64,000 bases of DNA from the NCBI GenBank assembly GCA_002384055.1, contig DGAU01000003.1:5931-69930 (forward strand), written 5' to 3'. The notes under the pieces were generated by a model. It worked only from the letters and a program-made list of their open reading frames with translations. It was not told where the DNA came from and did no database searches. Both the position numbers and the translations under genes were made by a program. This DNA is from Flavobacteriaceae bacterium UBA4022 (GTDB lineage: Bacteria > Bacteroidota > Bacteroidia > Flavobacteriales > Flavobacteriaceae). Below, one piece after another: positions 1 through 11,000 of the stretch. Numbering within the stretch: the stretch's first letter is position 1; each line of letters begins with the position of its first letter.

Positions 1-3000
1 ATGGTCCTGTTCCCGGAGTAAACGTTGTCGTAGATGGCACCTCTATTGGAGCACAAACAGATTTCGATGGTAACTATTCTGTTGGTAATGTCGCTAACGA
101 CGCTACCTTAGTATTTAGTTACATTGGTTACGCCACACAAGAAGCTGCCGTTAATGGTCAATCGACTATCAACGTTACCCTTCAAGAAGATGCGCAAGCA
201 TTAGCAGAAGTTATTGTTATTGGTTACGGTACAACTACCGTACAAGATGCAACAGGATCTGTAACCGCGGTAACCTCAGAAGACTTCAACCAAGGGGTGA
301 TCACTTCACCAGAGCAGTTGATTCAAGGAAAAACTGCAGGGGTTCAAATTTCACAAAGTAGTGGAGAACCTGGAGCTGGAATTGACATCCGTATTCGTGG
401 TGCAAGTTCAGTACGTTCGAACAATAATCCATTATTTGTAGTTGATGGTGTGCCACTTTCGGGAGGAAGCACTTCTGCAGAAACAGCCAACACTGGTATT
501 GGTTCTGGAGCAGCTAAAAACCCACTTTCTTTTATCAATCCAAATGATATCGAAAGCATTAGTATCTTGAAAGATGCTTCTGCTGCTGCTATCTATGGGT
601 CGCGTGGTGCAAATGGAGTTGTTTTCATTACCACTAAATCAGGAAAAGGTGCTAAGGGGAGTTCTTGGGACTACTCTTCATCTATGAGTGTTGCTTCTGT
701 GGCAAAGACGTTTGATCTTTTATCTGCAGACAAATACTTAAGTAGATCAGCTGATTTTGATTTTAACGTTGCTGAAAGAGATTTCGGTTCCAACACAAAC
801 TGGCAAGATTATATCTTCCGTACGTCGACGTCAACCAACAATGACATCGCCTACTCTAACAACTACGGATCTGGTAATTTAAGAGCTACTTTTGGTTACA
901 ATAAGAACTTTGGTGTTGTAGAGAATTCTTCTCTTGAGCGCATCACAGGTCGTTTGAACTGGAACCAACGGTTCTTAAATGATAAACTAAAAATCGGTGT
1001 TCAGTCTTCTTTCTCTCGTATAAACGATGAAGGAGCTGCTACTGCAGCAAGTGCTGGATTCCGAGGTGATTTATTAGGAGCCGCATACTCTGCGAATCCA
1101 ACTTGGCCAACTGGTCCTGACTTTGATGGGACTGGTGGTTTATTAAGTCCCGCTACAATGTTGGATTATTACCAAAACACAGCAAATACAAACCGCATGT
1201 TGGTTAATGTTTCTGCTGAATATGATTTAACATCTGACTTATCCGCTAAAGTAAATATTGGTCTTGATCAATCTGAATCTACGCGTATCGGTGTTTCATC
1301 TCCTAAGGCCCGTAACTTCGGTGCTGGCTCATTTGGTAATGGTCGTGGAGTTCTTAGTGACTTAAATACCAATAGTGAACTTTTAGAAGTTACCTTAAAC
1401 TATAATAAAGAGTTTGGCAATTCTAAATTGGACCTATTAGCAGGTTACTCATACCAAAGCTTCCAAAGAGATGGTCGTAATGTTAACGGATGGGGATTCT
1501 TCACCGAAAACATGGACGAAATGGGTGATGCATTGGAAAACTCTGCTAATGCTGTTCAAGCAAAAATTACAGGTGACTACCAACAGTATGGTTTCGCAGG
1601 TAACACAGGTGGTATCTTTGTAAATCGTTTGTTTCCTGATGTAACAACTGACCTTATTACTGATCTTAACAACTTAAGCGTTAAGTCTCTTTTTGCTGAC
1701 ACTTATGACAATACAGATGAATTACAGTCTGCATTTGGACGTGCTAACTATTCTTTAGCGGATAAGTACCTATTTACGGCTACAGTACGTATGGACGGTT
1801 CTTCAAAATTTGGTGAAGATAGCCAATACGGTACATTCCCTTCTGGAGCTTTTGCTTGGAAAATGCACAACGAAGATTTCGTAGGTGACAACATTTCAAC
1901 TTTAAAACTTCGTGTAGGTGCTGGTATCACTGGTAACCAAGAAGGTTTAGGTTACGGTAACTTTACGCAAAGACAGCGTTACGCTGGCGGTGGTCCAGAT
2001 GATGGTGGAAACATCAACATACCTGGTATCGTTGACGTATCTTATCCAAACCCAGCACTTAAGTGGGAAGAAACATTACAACTGGCTGCTGGTTTAGATT
2101 TTGGATTTAACGATGATCGTTTGAATGGTAGTATCGATGTTTACCGAAAGGAAACTTCTGACCTTTTATTCAATGTATTGGCGGCACAACCCTCAGTACA
2201 ACCATTTTTATTCCTTAACCTTCCTGATTCAAAGATCGTTAACGAAGGAGTTGAATTGAGTTTAGGTTATGACTTGATTTCAAGTGATGACTTAACTTGG
2301 AATGCTACGTTTAACGTTGCCTACAACAAGAACATGGTTGAAGAATTATCTGGAGAATTTGATGCAGGTACGATTCGTGGACAAGGTCTTTCATTGGCCT
2401 TTGCTCAAAAGCTTAAAGCTGGTGAGCCATTGTTCTCTTATTTCTTGCGTGAATTTGAAGGGTTTGATCCTGCTACAGGCCAACCAATACAAACGGACGT
2501 TCAAGATTTCGTAGGAAAGAGTGCACTTCCAAATTTGACTGGTGGTCTATCTACTTCTATGAACTATAAGAACTGGACAGTATCAACTTATTTTGCTGGT
2601 CAATTCGGTCACTATATTTACAACAACACTGCTAATGCCTTCTTTACTGCAGGTGCTTTCCGTGGTGGTCGTAACGTGACTTCTGATGTACTTACAGCTG
2701 GCGAATCATTTGATGCTGCTGCTGATGTTTCAACACGTTTCTTAGAAAGTGGTGATTTCATCCGTATGCAAAATGCTACTGTGAGCTACAACTGGCCAGT
2801 AACTGGAGAAGCTTTCTTCTCTTCATTGGTCTTGTCTGTTACAGGTCAAAACTTATTCGTGATCACCGATTATTCTGGTTTAGATCCTGAAGTAAGTAGT
2901 TCTCCTGCTGGTGGTGATTTACTCAATGGTCTTCCAGTATTTGGTATTGACTATGCGGGTTACCCACGACCAAGAACATTCACATTTGGTTTTAATGCAA

Positions 3001-3008
3001 AATTCTAA
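1..3008 (+). CDS. SusC/RagA-family TonB-dependent outer-membrane receptor (5' end cut by window edge)
   Basis: Frame 3 is open from nt 3 with no stop, so the 297 start in the track is an internal GTG. Upstream residues read ...FSYIGYATQEAAVNGQSTINVTLQEDAQALAEVIVIGYGT (carboxypeptidase-regulatory-like domain). Plug motifs follow (GKTAGVQI, IRIRG, PLFVVDGVP, ILKDASAAAIYGSRGANGVV), then a long beta-barrel ending RTFTFGFNAKF. A SusD-like gene starts 10 nt downstream. Confidence 0.9.
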   Translation, partial: GPVPGVNVVVDGTSIGAQTDFDGNYSVGNVANDATLVFSYIGYATQEAAVNGQSTINVTLQEDAQALAEVIVIGYGTTTVQDATGSVTAVTSEDFNQGVITSPEQLIQGKTAGVQISQSSGEPGAGIDIRIRGASSVRSNNNPLFVVDGVPLSGGSTSAETANTGIGSGAAKNPLSFINPNDIESISILKDASAAAIYGSRGANGVVFITTKSGKGAKGSSWDYSSSMSVASVAKTFDLLSADKYLSRSADFDFNVAERDFGSNTNWQDYIFRTSTSTNNDIAYSNNYGSGNLRATFGYNKNFGVVENSSLERITGRLNWNQRFLNDKLKIGVQSSFSRINDEGAATAASAGFRGDLLGAAYSANPTWPTGPDFDGTGGLLSPATMLDYYQNTANTNRMLVNVSAEYDLTSDLSAKVNIGLDQSESTRIGVSSPKARNFGAGSFGNGRGVLSDLNTNSELLEVTLNYNKEFGNSKLDLLAGYSYQSFQRDGRNVNGWGFFTENMDEMGDALENSANAVQAKITGDYQQYGFAGNTGGIFVNRLFPDVTTDLITDLNNLSVKSLFADTYDNTDELQSAFGRANYSLADKYLFTATVRMDGSSKFGEDSQYGTFPSGAFAWKMHNEDFVGDNISTLKLRVGAGITGNQEGLGYGNFTQRQRYAGGGPDDGGNINIPGIVDVSYPNPALKWEETLQLAAGLDFGFNDDRLNGSIDVYRKETSDLLFNVLAAQPSVQPFLFLNLPDSKIVNEGVELSLGYDLISSDDLTWNATFNVAYNKNMVEELSGEFDAGTIRGQGLSLAFAQKLKAGEPLFSYFLREFEGFDPATGQPIQTDVQDFVGKSALPNLTGGLSTSMNYKNWTVSTYFAGQFGHYIYNNTANAFFTAGAFRGGRNVTSDVLTAGESFDAAADVSTRFLESGDFIRMQNATVSYNWPVTGEAFFSSLVLSVTGQNLFVITDYSGLDPEVSSSPAGGDLLNGLPVFGIDYAGYPRPRTFTFGFNAKF

Positions 3009-3018
3009 AAAATTAATT

Positions 3019-4578
3019 ATGAAAAGAACCTTAATAAAATTGATGAAGCCTGTTCTAGCAACGGCGTTTCTATCCTTATTGACCGTTTCCTGTACTGATC
3101 TAGCCATTGAAGAGTCTGACTCTATTATCGCAGAAGGATCTACAGTATTCGAAGGCGTGGCTGATGTTGATGCATCAATCACTAACCTATACAACGACAC
3201 CTATGGACAACTTGGTGACCAAGGAAATTTCTTTGCCCTTAACGAAGTGTCCACAGACGAAACCTTAGTGCCTACTCGTGGGACTGACTGGGGGGATAAT
3301 GGTATCTGGCGTACGCTTCATGCGCACACCTGGAGTCCAACACACTCATTTGTCTTAGGTACTTGGAATAACTTAAATCAAAATGTTTTGAGAGCTTCTC
3401 AAATCATCGATCCTTTAAGTGCCCCAAGTGCAGAACAAGAAGCTCAAGCCCGTTTTTTACGTGCCTTCAGTATGTTCTTCGTTCTTGATATGTGGGGTGT
3501 AGCTCCATACCGTAATCCTACAGATGGATCAGATGTTAACCCATCTGTCTTGTCTTCTCTCGAGGCTTATGACTTTATCATCAATGACCTAACTGCAGCA
3601 CTACCTAACCTTCCTGTTGCAGGTCCTGGACCTACAGAAGAAGGTCATTCAAGAGCTAACCGCGCCGCGGGTAACTTCCTATTGGCCAAAGTTATGTTGA
3701 ATGCACAACGTTATACCGGTAGCGAGCCTAATTACCAAGGTGTTATCGATGCAGTTGATGCGATCAGTGCCGAAGGTTATGCTGCTCAAGCTGGTTATTT
3801 CGATATCTTCAAGCAAGATATTCCTGACACAGAAACGATTTGGTACGCCAAAGCTGGTGTTGGCAACCGTATCTGGAATGGTCTGCACTACAACCAAAAC
3901 TCTCCTGATAACTCAGGTGGAGGTTGGAATGGTTTCACAACCTTAGCTGAGTTTTATGACAGCTTCGAAGGTGGTGAAGACAATAGTGCCGGTGCTGGTC
4001 AAGAAGAGCGTCGTGGATATGTGCCAGGTGCTTCTGATTCAAACTCGGCAAACTTAGGTATCGGTTATGGTTTCTTGGTTGGACAACAGTACGAAGAGGA
4101 TGGAACAATCCTTAAAGACCGTACCGGTAATCCATTAGTATTCTCTAAGGAACTTCCAGGTTTATCTGGAAATGGTGAAAGCACTGGAATCCGTATCATC
4201 AAATATCACCCTGGTGATGATGGTGGATCTTTCCGTTCGCATGAAATCGTTTTCCGTTATGCTGATGCCCACTTGATGAAAGCTGAGGCCATGATGCGTA
4301 TGGGTGGTAATGCCACTCCTATGGTTAACACCCTTAGAACACTTCGCGGAGCTTCTCCACTTGGAAGTGTATCTGAAGCGGATATGTTAGCTGAGCGGGG
4401 ACGTGAGCTTTACGTTGAGTTCTGGAGAAGAAACGATATGGTTCGTTTTGGTCAATTTACTAGTGATTGGGAATTTAAAAACCCAGCTTCTGTAGGGGAC
4501 ACTAAATGGAACTTATTTCCAATTCCAGTTAACGCATTACTTTCAAATCCTAATTTGGTCCAAAACGCTGGTTACTAA
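3019..4578 (+). CDS. SusD/RagB-family nutrient-binding outer-membrane lipoprotein
   Basis: The ATG at 3019 gives MKRTLIKLMKPVLATAFLSLLTVSC (lipobox Cys). It lies directly downstream of SusC. The C-terminal region is SusD-like (EIVFRYADAHLMKAEA...RGRELYVEFWRRNDMVRFG...FPIP). The track start at 2911 overlaps SusC and lacks a signal peptide. Confidence 0.9.
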   Translation: MKRTLIKLMKPVLATAFLSLLTVSCTDLAIEESDSIIAEGSTVFEGVADVDASITNLYNDTYGQLGDQGNFFALNEVSTDETLVPTRGTDWGDNGIWRTLHAHTWSPTHSFVLGTWNNLNQNVLRASQIIDPLSAPSAEQEAQARFLRAFSMFFVLDMWGVAPYRNPTDGSDVNPSVLSSLEAYDFIINDLTAALPNLPVAGPGPTEEGHSRANRAAGNFLLAKVMLNAQRYTGSEPNYQGVIDAVDAISAEGYAAQAGYFDIFKQDIPDTETIWYAKAGVGNRIWNGLHYNQNSPDNSGGGWNGFTTLAEFYDSFEGGEDNSAGAGQEERRGYVPGASDSNSANLGIGYGFLVGQQYEEDGTILKDRTGNPLVFSKELPGLSGNGESTGIRIIKYHPGDDGGSFRSHEIVFRYADAHLMKAEAMMRMGGNATPMVNTLRTLRGASPLGSVSEADMLAERGRELYVEFWRRNDMVRFGQFTSDWEFKNPASVGDTKWNLFPIPVNALLSNPNLVQNAGY

Positions 4579-4600
4579 TCAGCTTTATGTGATAAATATA

Positions 4601-4634
4601 AAAGCCACCTCCTTTCGGAGGTGGCTTTTTTTTT
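4601..4634 (+). terminator. Rho-independent terminator after susD-like gene
   Basis: Perfect 9-bp stem gccacctcc (4604-4612) / ggaggtggc (4617-4625) with loop tttc, followed by a run of 9 T (4626-4634). Confidence 0.75.
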
Positions 4635-4726
4635 AACCTATTGTTAATCTTTTTAATTTATCAGTAAGGCTATTTAACGCGCTTTACCTCTATCTTCCCC
4701 TTACGGACAAACCTGTCTATTGGCCT

Positions 4727-7700
4727 ATGAATTTTCAAAATAAACCAACCACAATACACCTGATATGGCTGCTGCTCATATTATCAATGGGTTGTAAGCC
4801 AGACATCAAGCCATTTGCCTTACTGACATCCGAAAAAACAGGTATTAGTTTCACTAATACCCTCAGGACAGCACCCGAGCTTAACATACTCAACTACATC
4901 TATTATTACAACGGTGGTGGCGTTGCCACCGCAGACTTTAACAATGATGGACGACTTGACATTATATTCACCGCGAATCAAGCTCATCCAGAACTCTATC
5001 TGAACTTAGGGAAAATGCAGTTTTCTTCAGTGGCATTGAATCTCAATACAGATTTCTCCACGGGCTGGACAAATGGGGTAAGTATTGTAGATATCAATAA
5101 TGACGGATGGATGGACATCTATTTGTGCCGTGTAGGGGCTCATCCCCGACTCACCGGCCAGAACATGCTACTGGTTCATCAAGGACTAGACGCATCCGGT
5201 GACCCCATTTTTGAAGAAAAAGCCAAGGACTACGGGCTCGATTTCAAAGGCTACGGGACACAAGCTGCATTTTTTGATTATGACCTGGATGGTGATTTGG
5301 ATGTTTATTTATTGAATCACAGCATCAACCCAAATCAGAATTACGGCAAAGGCACTAAGCGCGAAACAGCCGACCACGTTTCAGGCGACAAACTATATGA
5401 AAATATCCAAGGGATCTTTGTCGATGTGACCCAAGCAATGGGCATCTTTCAAGGCAGTATTGGTTATGGCCTCGGTTTGAGTATCAGTGATTATAACCAC
5501 GATGGCTATCCTGATCTTTATATTGGCAATGACTTCTTCGAAAACGATTACCTCTACATCAACCAACAAGGGAATTCATTTAAGGAAGTAATTCACCAAA
5601 AGAACGAAAGTATCAGCCATACCACGCACTATTCTATGGGAAATGATAGTGGTGACATCAACAACGATGGGCACACAGATATTATTTCGGTTGATATGCT
5701 ACCAGAAGACCTGAGCACCTACAAGACTTCGGGAACCGAGTTTAACTACCAAATTTATGACCAATTCATTAAGAATGGTTATGGTTATCAATTCATGCAA
5801 AACACCTTGCAGCTCAATACCGGTCATGGCGCTTTTAGTGAGATTGGTTTTGCTGCTGGGGTTGCCGCGACAGAGTGGTCCTGGAGTCCATTGCTGGCCG
5901 ACTTTGATCAAGACGGGTATCAAGACCTCTATGTAACTAACGGGATTGTTGGGGCAACCAATGACATGGACTTCATCAATTTCGTGGCTAACGAAGAAAT
6001 TCAGAAACAACTCGGCGCTAACATGACAGGACAATCGATGAGCTTCATTGACCAAATTCCGACCAAACACTCCGCCAATTACATATTTCAAAATCATCAA
6101 GGACACTCCTTTGTAGATCGTGTTGGGCAATGGATACCTGAAACACCCAGTTATAGTAACGGTGCAGCCTATGGCGATTTTGACAATGATGGTGATTTAG
6201 ATTTGGTGGTCAACAATGTGAATGAACCCGCATTTATCTTAGAAAATCATATCGATCAAAGCCCCTCTGGCGCTCACTTCCTGAAGATTCGTTTCCAAGG
6301 CAGTACAAATAACATAAATGGAATCGGCACCCGAGTAACCGCTTACAACAAAGACGCTCAGTACACCAGAGAAAACTATACCTCGCGCGGCTATTTATCT
6401 GCTGTTGCCCCGGAACTGCACTTTGGTCTTGACACGATCAATAGCCTCGATTCTTTGGTCATCCAGTGGCCGGGCAACCGAGTTCAAACACTCTATAACG
6501 TGGCGGCCAACCAGTCCATTACCCTTTCATACGACGCATCCCAACCGCAATTAAGTGTGGCACCTAAGCCGTCATACTTGTTAGGGGTGCAGAAGGACCT
6601 AACGACTTACAAGCACAAAGAACAAGGTAGTCTCGATTTTAATCGTAATCCCCTCCTGCCCTATGCTTTAACGCACGAAGGGCCAGATCTCTGTGTGGCC
6701 GATCTTAATCAAGATCAATTGGCGGATATTATTTTCACTGGCGGCAAAGGCCAGGCATCCCAGATATGGCTTCAGCAGTCAGATGGTCAATTTACGTCAT
6801 CTTGGGCCGAATTAATGGCAGAACATGCCCTAAACGAAGACACAGCACTGGCGGCACTAGACGCAAACTTAGATGGGTTAATGGACCTGGTCATTGCCAG
6901 TGGTGGCAATGAATTTACTCAGGGGGATCCGCTCAAACCAAGACTTTACCTCAATAACGGAAATGGATTACAAAGTGCTTTTTGGGCTTTTGGAGATCTA
7001 GAATTGAGTGCGTCAAAAGTCACCGCGATTGATCTGAATCAGGACGGTGCCGAAGACCTCATTTTTACAGCAAAATATCACGCACAAGATTTTGGGCGGG
7101 ATCCACAACACTATATATTCTTTAATGATGCAAAAGGTAACTTTAGCGATGTAAGCCACACTTTTGGAAAAGGATTTATTCATTCTGGTGCCATCAGCGA
7201 CCTTATTGCCATAGACATCAATAACGACGATCAGATAGATTTGGTCACTTGTGGTCCTTGGAACACCATCAACATCTGGTTACAAAAAGACCAATCATTA
7301 GTGCGTGCTACCGATACAGGGCTCGAAATGGATTCCGGTCTATGGAATGCCTTGGCCGTTGCCGATTTCGACCTAGATGGCGATTTGGATTTAATGGCAG
7401 GGAACTGGGGGATTAATAGCCGCTGGACTGCCGATCAAAACACACCTCTTCGTCTTTATAAATACGACTTTGATCAAAATAAAACCGAAGAAACTTTAGT
7501 CACCTATGTCTATCAAGGCAAGGAAACCCCTATGGCTTCAAAAGAGGAATTGGCCAAGCAGATGCCCAAGATCAATAAGCAATTTTTGTCTTTTAAGGAT
7601 TTTGCCAATGCCACAGTAGATGTTATTTTTGGAGCGAAAAACCTAGAAAAAGGGCTGGTCAAAGAGGTGACCGAATTACGGTCTTGTTATTTTGAAAACA

Positions 7701-8044
7701 CCGGTGGCTTGGTCTACAAAAAACAAATTCTACCCCAAGAAATGCAATATTCGAGTATCAATGATCTTTTTGTAACTGACCTCAACGGCGATGGACTGCT
7801 CGATGTTTTACCCAGTGGTAATACTTACGAAATCAGCACACAATTGGGACGACTCGATGCCTTTAAGGGCGGTGTCTTACTCAATAGGGGGGGGCAATTC
7901 ATATTTGATTATGCCCTAGACCAGCCTCTTCTGGGTGCCGGCCGAAAAATTGCGGTCATGCCCCAGCCGCAAGACAGTACATGGATCATGACCAGAAACA
8001 ATAACACACCCATTTATTTAAAAAAATTAATTCCGCAACCATGA
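4727..8044 (+). CDS. FG-GAP/VCBS repeat + ASPIC/UnbV (CRTAC1-like) lipoprotein, paralog 1
   Basis: Lipoprotein signal LLLILSMGC. Repeated Ca-binding FG-GAP loops (DFNNDGRLD, DINNDGWMD, DYDLDGDLD, DINNDGHTD, DFDQDGYQD, DFDNDGDLD). Central ASPIC/UnbV-like segment (GIGTRVTAY...RGYLSAVAPELHFGL...LVIQWPGN), then a second FG-GAP half (DLNQDQLAD, DFDLDGDLD, DLNGDGLLD). Confidence 0.85.
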   Translation: MNFQNKPTTIHLIWLLLILSMGCKPDIKPFALLTSEKTGISFTNTLRTAPELNILNYIYYYNGGGVATADFNNDGRLDIIFTANQAHPELYLNLGKMQFSSVALNLNTDFSTGWTNGVSIVDINNDGWMDIYLCRVGAHPRLTGQNMLLVHQGLDASGDPIFEEKAKDYGLDFKGYGTQAAFFDYDLDGDLDVYLLNHSINPNQNYGKGTKRETADHVSGDKLYENIQGIFVDVTQAMGIFQGSIGYGLGLSISDYNHDGYPDLYIGNDFFENDYLYINQQGNSFKEVIHQKNESISHTTHYSMGNDSGDINNDGHTDIISVDMLPEDLSTYKTSGTEFNYQIYDQFIKNGYGYQFMQNTLQLNTGHGAFSEIGFAAGVAATEWSWSPLLADFDQDGYQDLYVTNGIVGATNDMDFINFVANEEIQKQLGANMTGQSMSFIDQIPTKHSANYIFQNHQGHSFVDRVGQWIPETPSYSNGAAYGDFDNDGDLDLVVNNVNEPAFILENHIDQSPSGAHFLKIRFQGSTNNINGIGTRVTAYNKDAQYTRENYTSRGYLSAVAPELHFGLDTINSLDSLVIQWPGNRVQTLYNVAANQSITLSYDASQPQLSVAPKPSYLLGVQKDLTTYKHKEQGSLDFNRNPLLPYALTHEGPDLCVADLNQDQLADIIFTGGKGQASQIWLQQSDGQFTSSWAELMAEHALNEDTALAALDANLDGLMDLVIASGGNEFTQGDPLKPRLYLNNGNGLQSAFWAFGDLELSASKVTAIDLNQDGAEDLIFTAKYHAQDFGRDPQHYIFFNDAKGNFSDVSHTFGKGFIHSGAISDLIAIDINNDDQIDLVTCGPWNTINIWLQKDQSLVRATDTGLEMDSGLWNALAVADFDLDGDLDLMAGNWGINSRWTADQNTPLRLYKYDFDQNKTEETLVTYVYQGKETPMASKEELAKQMPKINKQFLSFKDFANATVDVIFGAKNLEKGLVKEVTELRSCYFENTGGLVYKKQILPQEMQYSSINDLFVTDLNGDGLLDVLPSGNTYEISTQLGRLDAFKGGVLLNRGGQFIFDYALDQPLLGAGRKIAVMPQPQDSTWIMTRNNNTPIYLKKLIPQP

Positions 8045-11000
8045 AGCATTATATCAGCAGACTTTTGCTATTGACCCTTTTGCTATTGATCGGGTGTCAA
8101 ACCCCAGAACCCAAACAAGACCAGGGGCCTAAACGTTTTAGCCTGGTGGCATCGGAGCAATCCAATATCACCTTCAGTAATCGGGTTGAAAATCAAAAGG
8201 ATTTTAATATTTTCAAGTACCGGAATTTTTATAACGGGGGGGGCGTCGCTATTGGTGATATCAATAATGACGGCCTCTCTGACGTCTATCTCACGGCCAA
8301 TATGGGGCCCAATAAACTCTATTTAAATAAAGGAAATATGGTTTTCGAAGATATCTCCGAGTCTGCTGGTATCGAGGGGAATAAGCCATGGTCCACCGGT
8401 GTATTAATGGTCGATGTCAATCAAGATGGGCTCCTGGATATTTATGTCAGTAATGCCGGTAATATGGATGGAGAAAACCACAATAATGATCTCTACATCA
8501 ACAATGGAGACTTGACCTTTAGCGAACAGGCCAAAGCATTTAATTTGGCTGAAACTGGTTTTTCTACCCATGCCAGTTTTTTTGACTATGACAAAGACGG
8601 TGATTTAGATGCCTATATCTTAAACAACAGTAATATACCCGTAAGTAGCCTGGGATTTGCCCACCAGCGCGATGTTCGGGCACAAGACTGGAATGTCCCA
8701 AAAATGTTTCGTGGTGTTGGTGATATGCTTTTGCGCAATGACAACGGCGTCTATACCGAAGTCAGTGAAGAAGCTGGAATATATGGCAGTCTTATAGGTT
8801 TCGGTCTCGGCGTAATGGTCAGCGATATCAACCAAGACACCTATCCAGACATTTATGTCTCTAATGACTTTTATGAGCGTGATTACCTCTATATCAATAA
8901 CCAAGATGGGACCTTTACCGAAGACATTAAGCGCTGGACCTCGCATCTCTGTCTTTCCGCTATGGGTGTGGACATGGCCGACATCAACAACGATGGCTTA
9001 GCCGATATTTTCATTACGGACATGTTGCCCGAAGAGGACCAACGCGTCAAATCGGTCATGGAATTTGAAGGATACAACGTCTTTAAACTCAAGCAAAGCA
9101 AGGATTTTTTCCAACAGTATATTCAGAATACCCTACAACTCAATAATGGCAACGGAAGCTTTTCAGAAATCGCTTATTTCAGTGGTGTTTCAGCGACAGA
9201 CTGGAGCTGGTCTGGACTCATTTTTGATATGGACAACGATGGATTTCGAGACATTTATGTCACCAATGGTATCAATCACGATTTGACAGATTTAGACTTC
9301 GTTAACTTTTTTGCCAATGAGATCATCCAAGACATGGCCCTCACCGGCAAGAAGGAAGCAATCGACTCAATCATCAATAAAATGCCGGTCCACCCTTTGC
9401 CCAATTATGCGTTTCACAACCAAAAAGACTTGACCTTTGACAACCGATCCGAAGATTGGGGCCTAGCGGTGCCGAGTCTCTCAAATGGCGCTGCATACGG
9501 TGATTTGGACAATGATGGTGATCTTGACTTGGTGGTAAACAACGTCAATATGCAGGCGTTTTTGTATGAAAACCACACCAACGAAATGGATGACCATCAT
9601 TACATCAAGTTGTATTTCGAAGGCCAAAAAGAAAATCATTTTGCCATCGGCACCAGTGTTCGCCTATACATGAAGGACAGCGAACTTTTTCAGGAACTCA
9701 TGCCTTCACGTGGATTTCAATCCTCTATGGAGTATGCCATGACCATTGGTTTAGGTGCGCATACCGAAATCGACTCCATTCATGTCTTGTGGCCAGACAA
9801 CAGCACAACACAATTGGTTTCAGTACCCGTAAATCAATCCCTTTATTTGAAACAAGCCGACGCCACAAAGGCATCGAAGCCTTTTCAAGCAAAAAAAACC
9901 AAAGAGCCCTTATTAAAAGCGCTGGAGTCTTCCGAATTTCTGGCACATAACGAAAACCCATACAATGACTTTGACTACGAAGGACTTTTGGGTAAGATGA
10001 TTTCCCAAGAAGGACCTTGTGTCGCCGTTGGAGATGTAAATGGTGATGGAAACGAAGATGTCTTTTTGGGTGGGGCCAAAAACCAACCCGGACAGCTGAT
10101 GCTTCATCAAGGTAAAGGAAAATTAAGCACCACGACACAACCTGAGCTTGCTAGTGACCAAGCCTTCGAAGACACCGCCGCCGCATTCTTTGACGCCGAT
10201 CAAGACGGCGATTTGGACCTCATTGTCGGATCTGGAGGCAATCAAGTGGATGAGGCCCAAAGAACCTCTTTACGTCTTTACCTCAATGATGGTCGCGGTC
10301 AATTTGTTAAGGGAACGCCTATAAACATCAGTAATATTTATAATATTTCTGCCATTGCTCCCGAAGATGTAGACCTTGATGGTGACATAGATCTTGTAGC
10401 GACAGCCAGAAGTATTGTGGGTGTTTACGGCATGAATCCCCAACATTTTTTCTTGGAAAATGATGGCCAAGGCGGCTGGATCGACCACTCCAGAACAAAA
10501 GCTCAGGTCCTTGCTAACAGCGGTATGATTACCGATGCCCAGTGGATCGATTTGGACCAAAAGCGTACCCTGGTGGTGGTATCTGACTGGGGAACGCCCG
10601 CATTCTATCGCTTCGTGGCCGATCAATTCGTGGCTGTTAAGTCCACACTTGATCACTTCAGCGGGTGGTGGAACACCATTACGCCTGCGGATATGGACGG
10701 AGATGGCGATCTTGATTTTGTCATAGGTAATCAAGGTAGTAATCTGCATTACAAACCACAACCAGGGCAACCCATGAAGCTGTGGGTCAATGATTTTGAT
10801 AACAATGGGACCTATGAGCAAATCATCACCCAACAACTCGGTGGCAAAGACATGCCCATCCACCAAAAAAGTGAAATGACAACACAAATGGTGTCGCTCA
10901 AAAAACAAAACCTCAAAGCCTCTGAATACGCCAAAAAATCCATGCCAGAATTGTTTGCTCCTTCGGTACTCAAGAACACCACAGTAAGAGAAGCCAGTAG

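Noticed and set aside
2911-3018. Upstream extension of the SusD-like ORF (track start 2911) overlapping the end of susC.
   Set aside because: The extension lacks a signal peptide. A canonical lipoprotein signal begins at the ATG at 3019, just after the susC stop.
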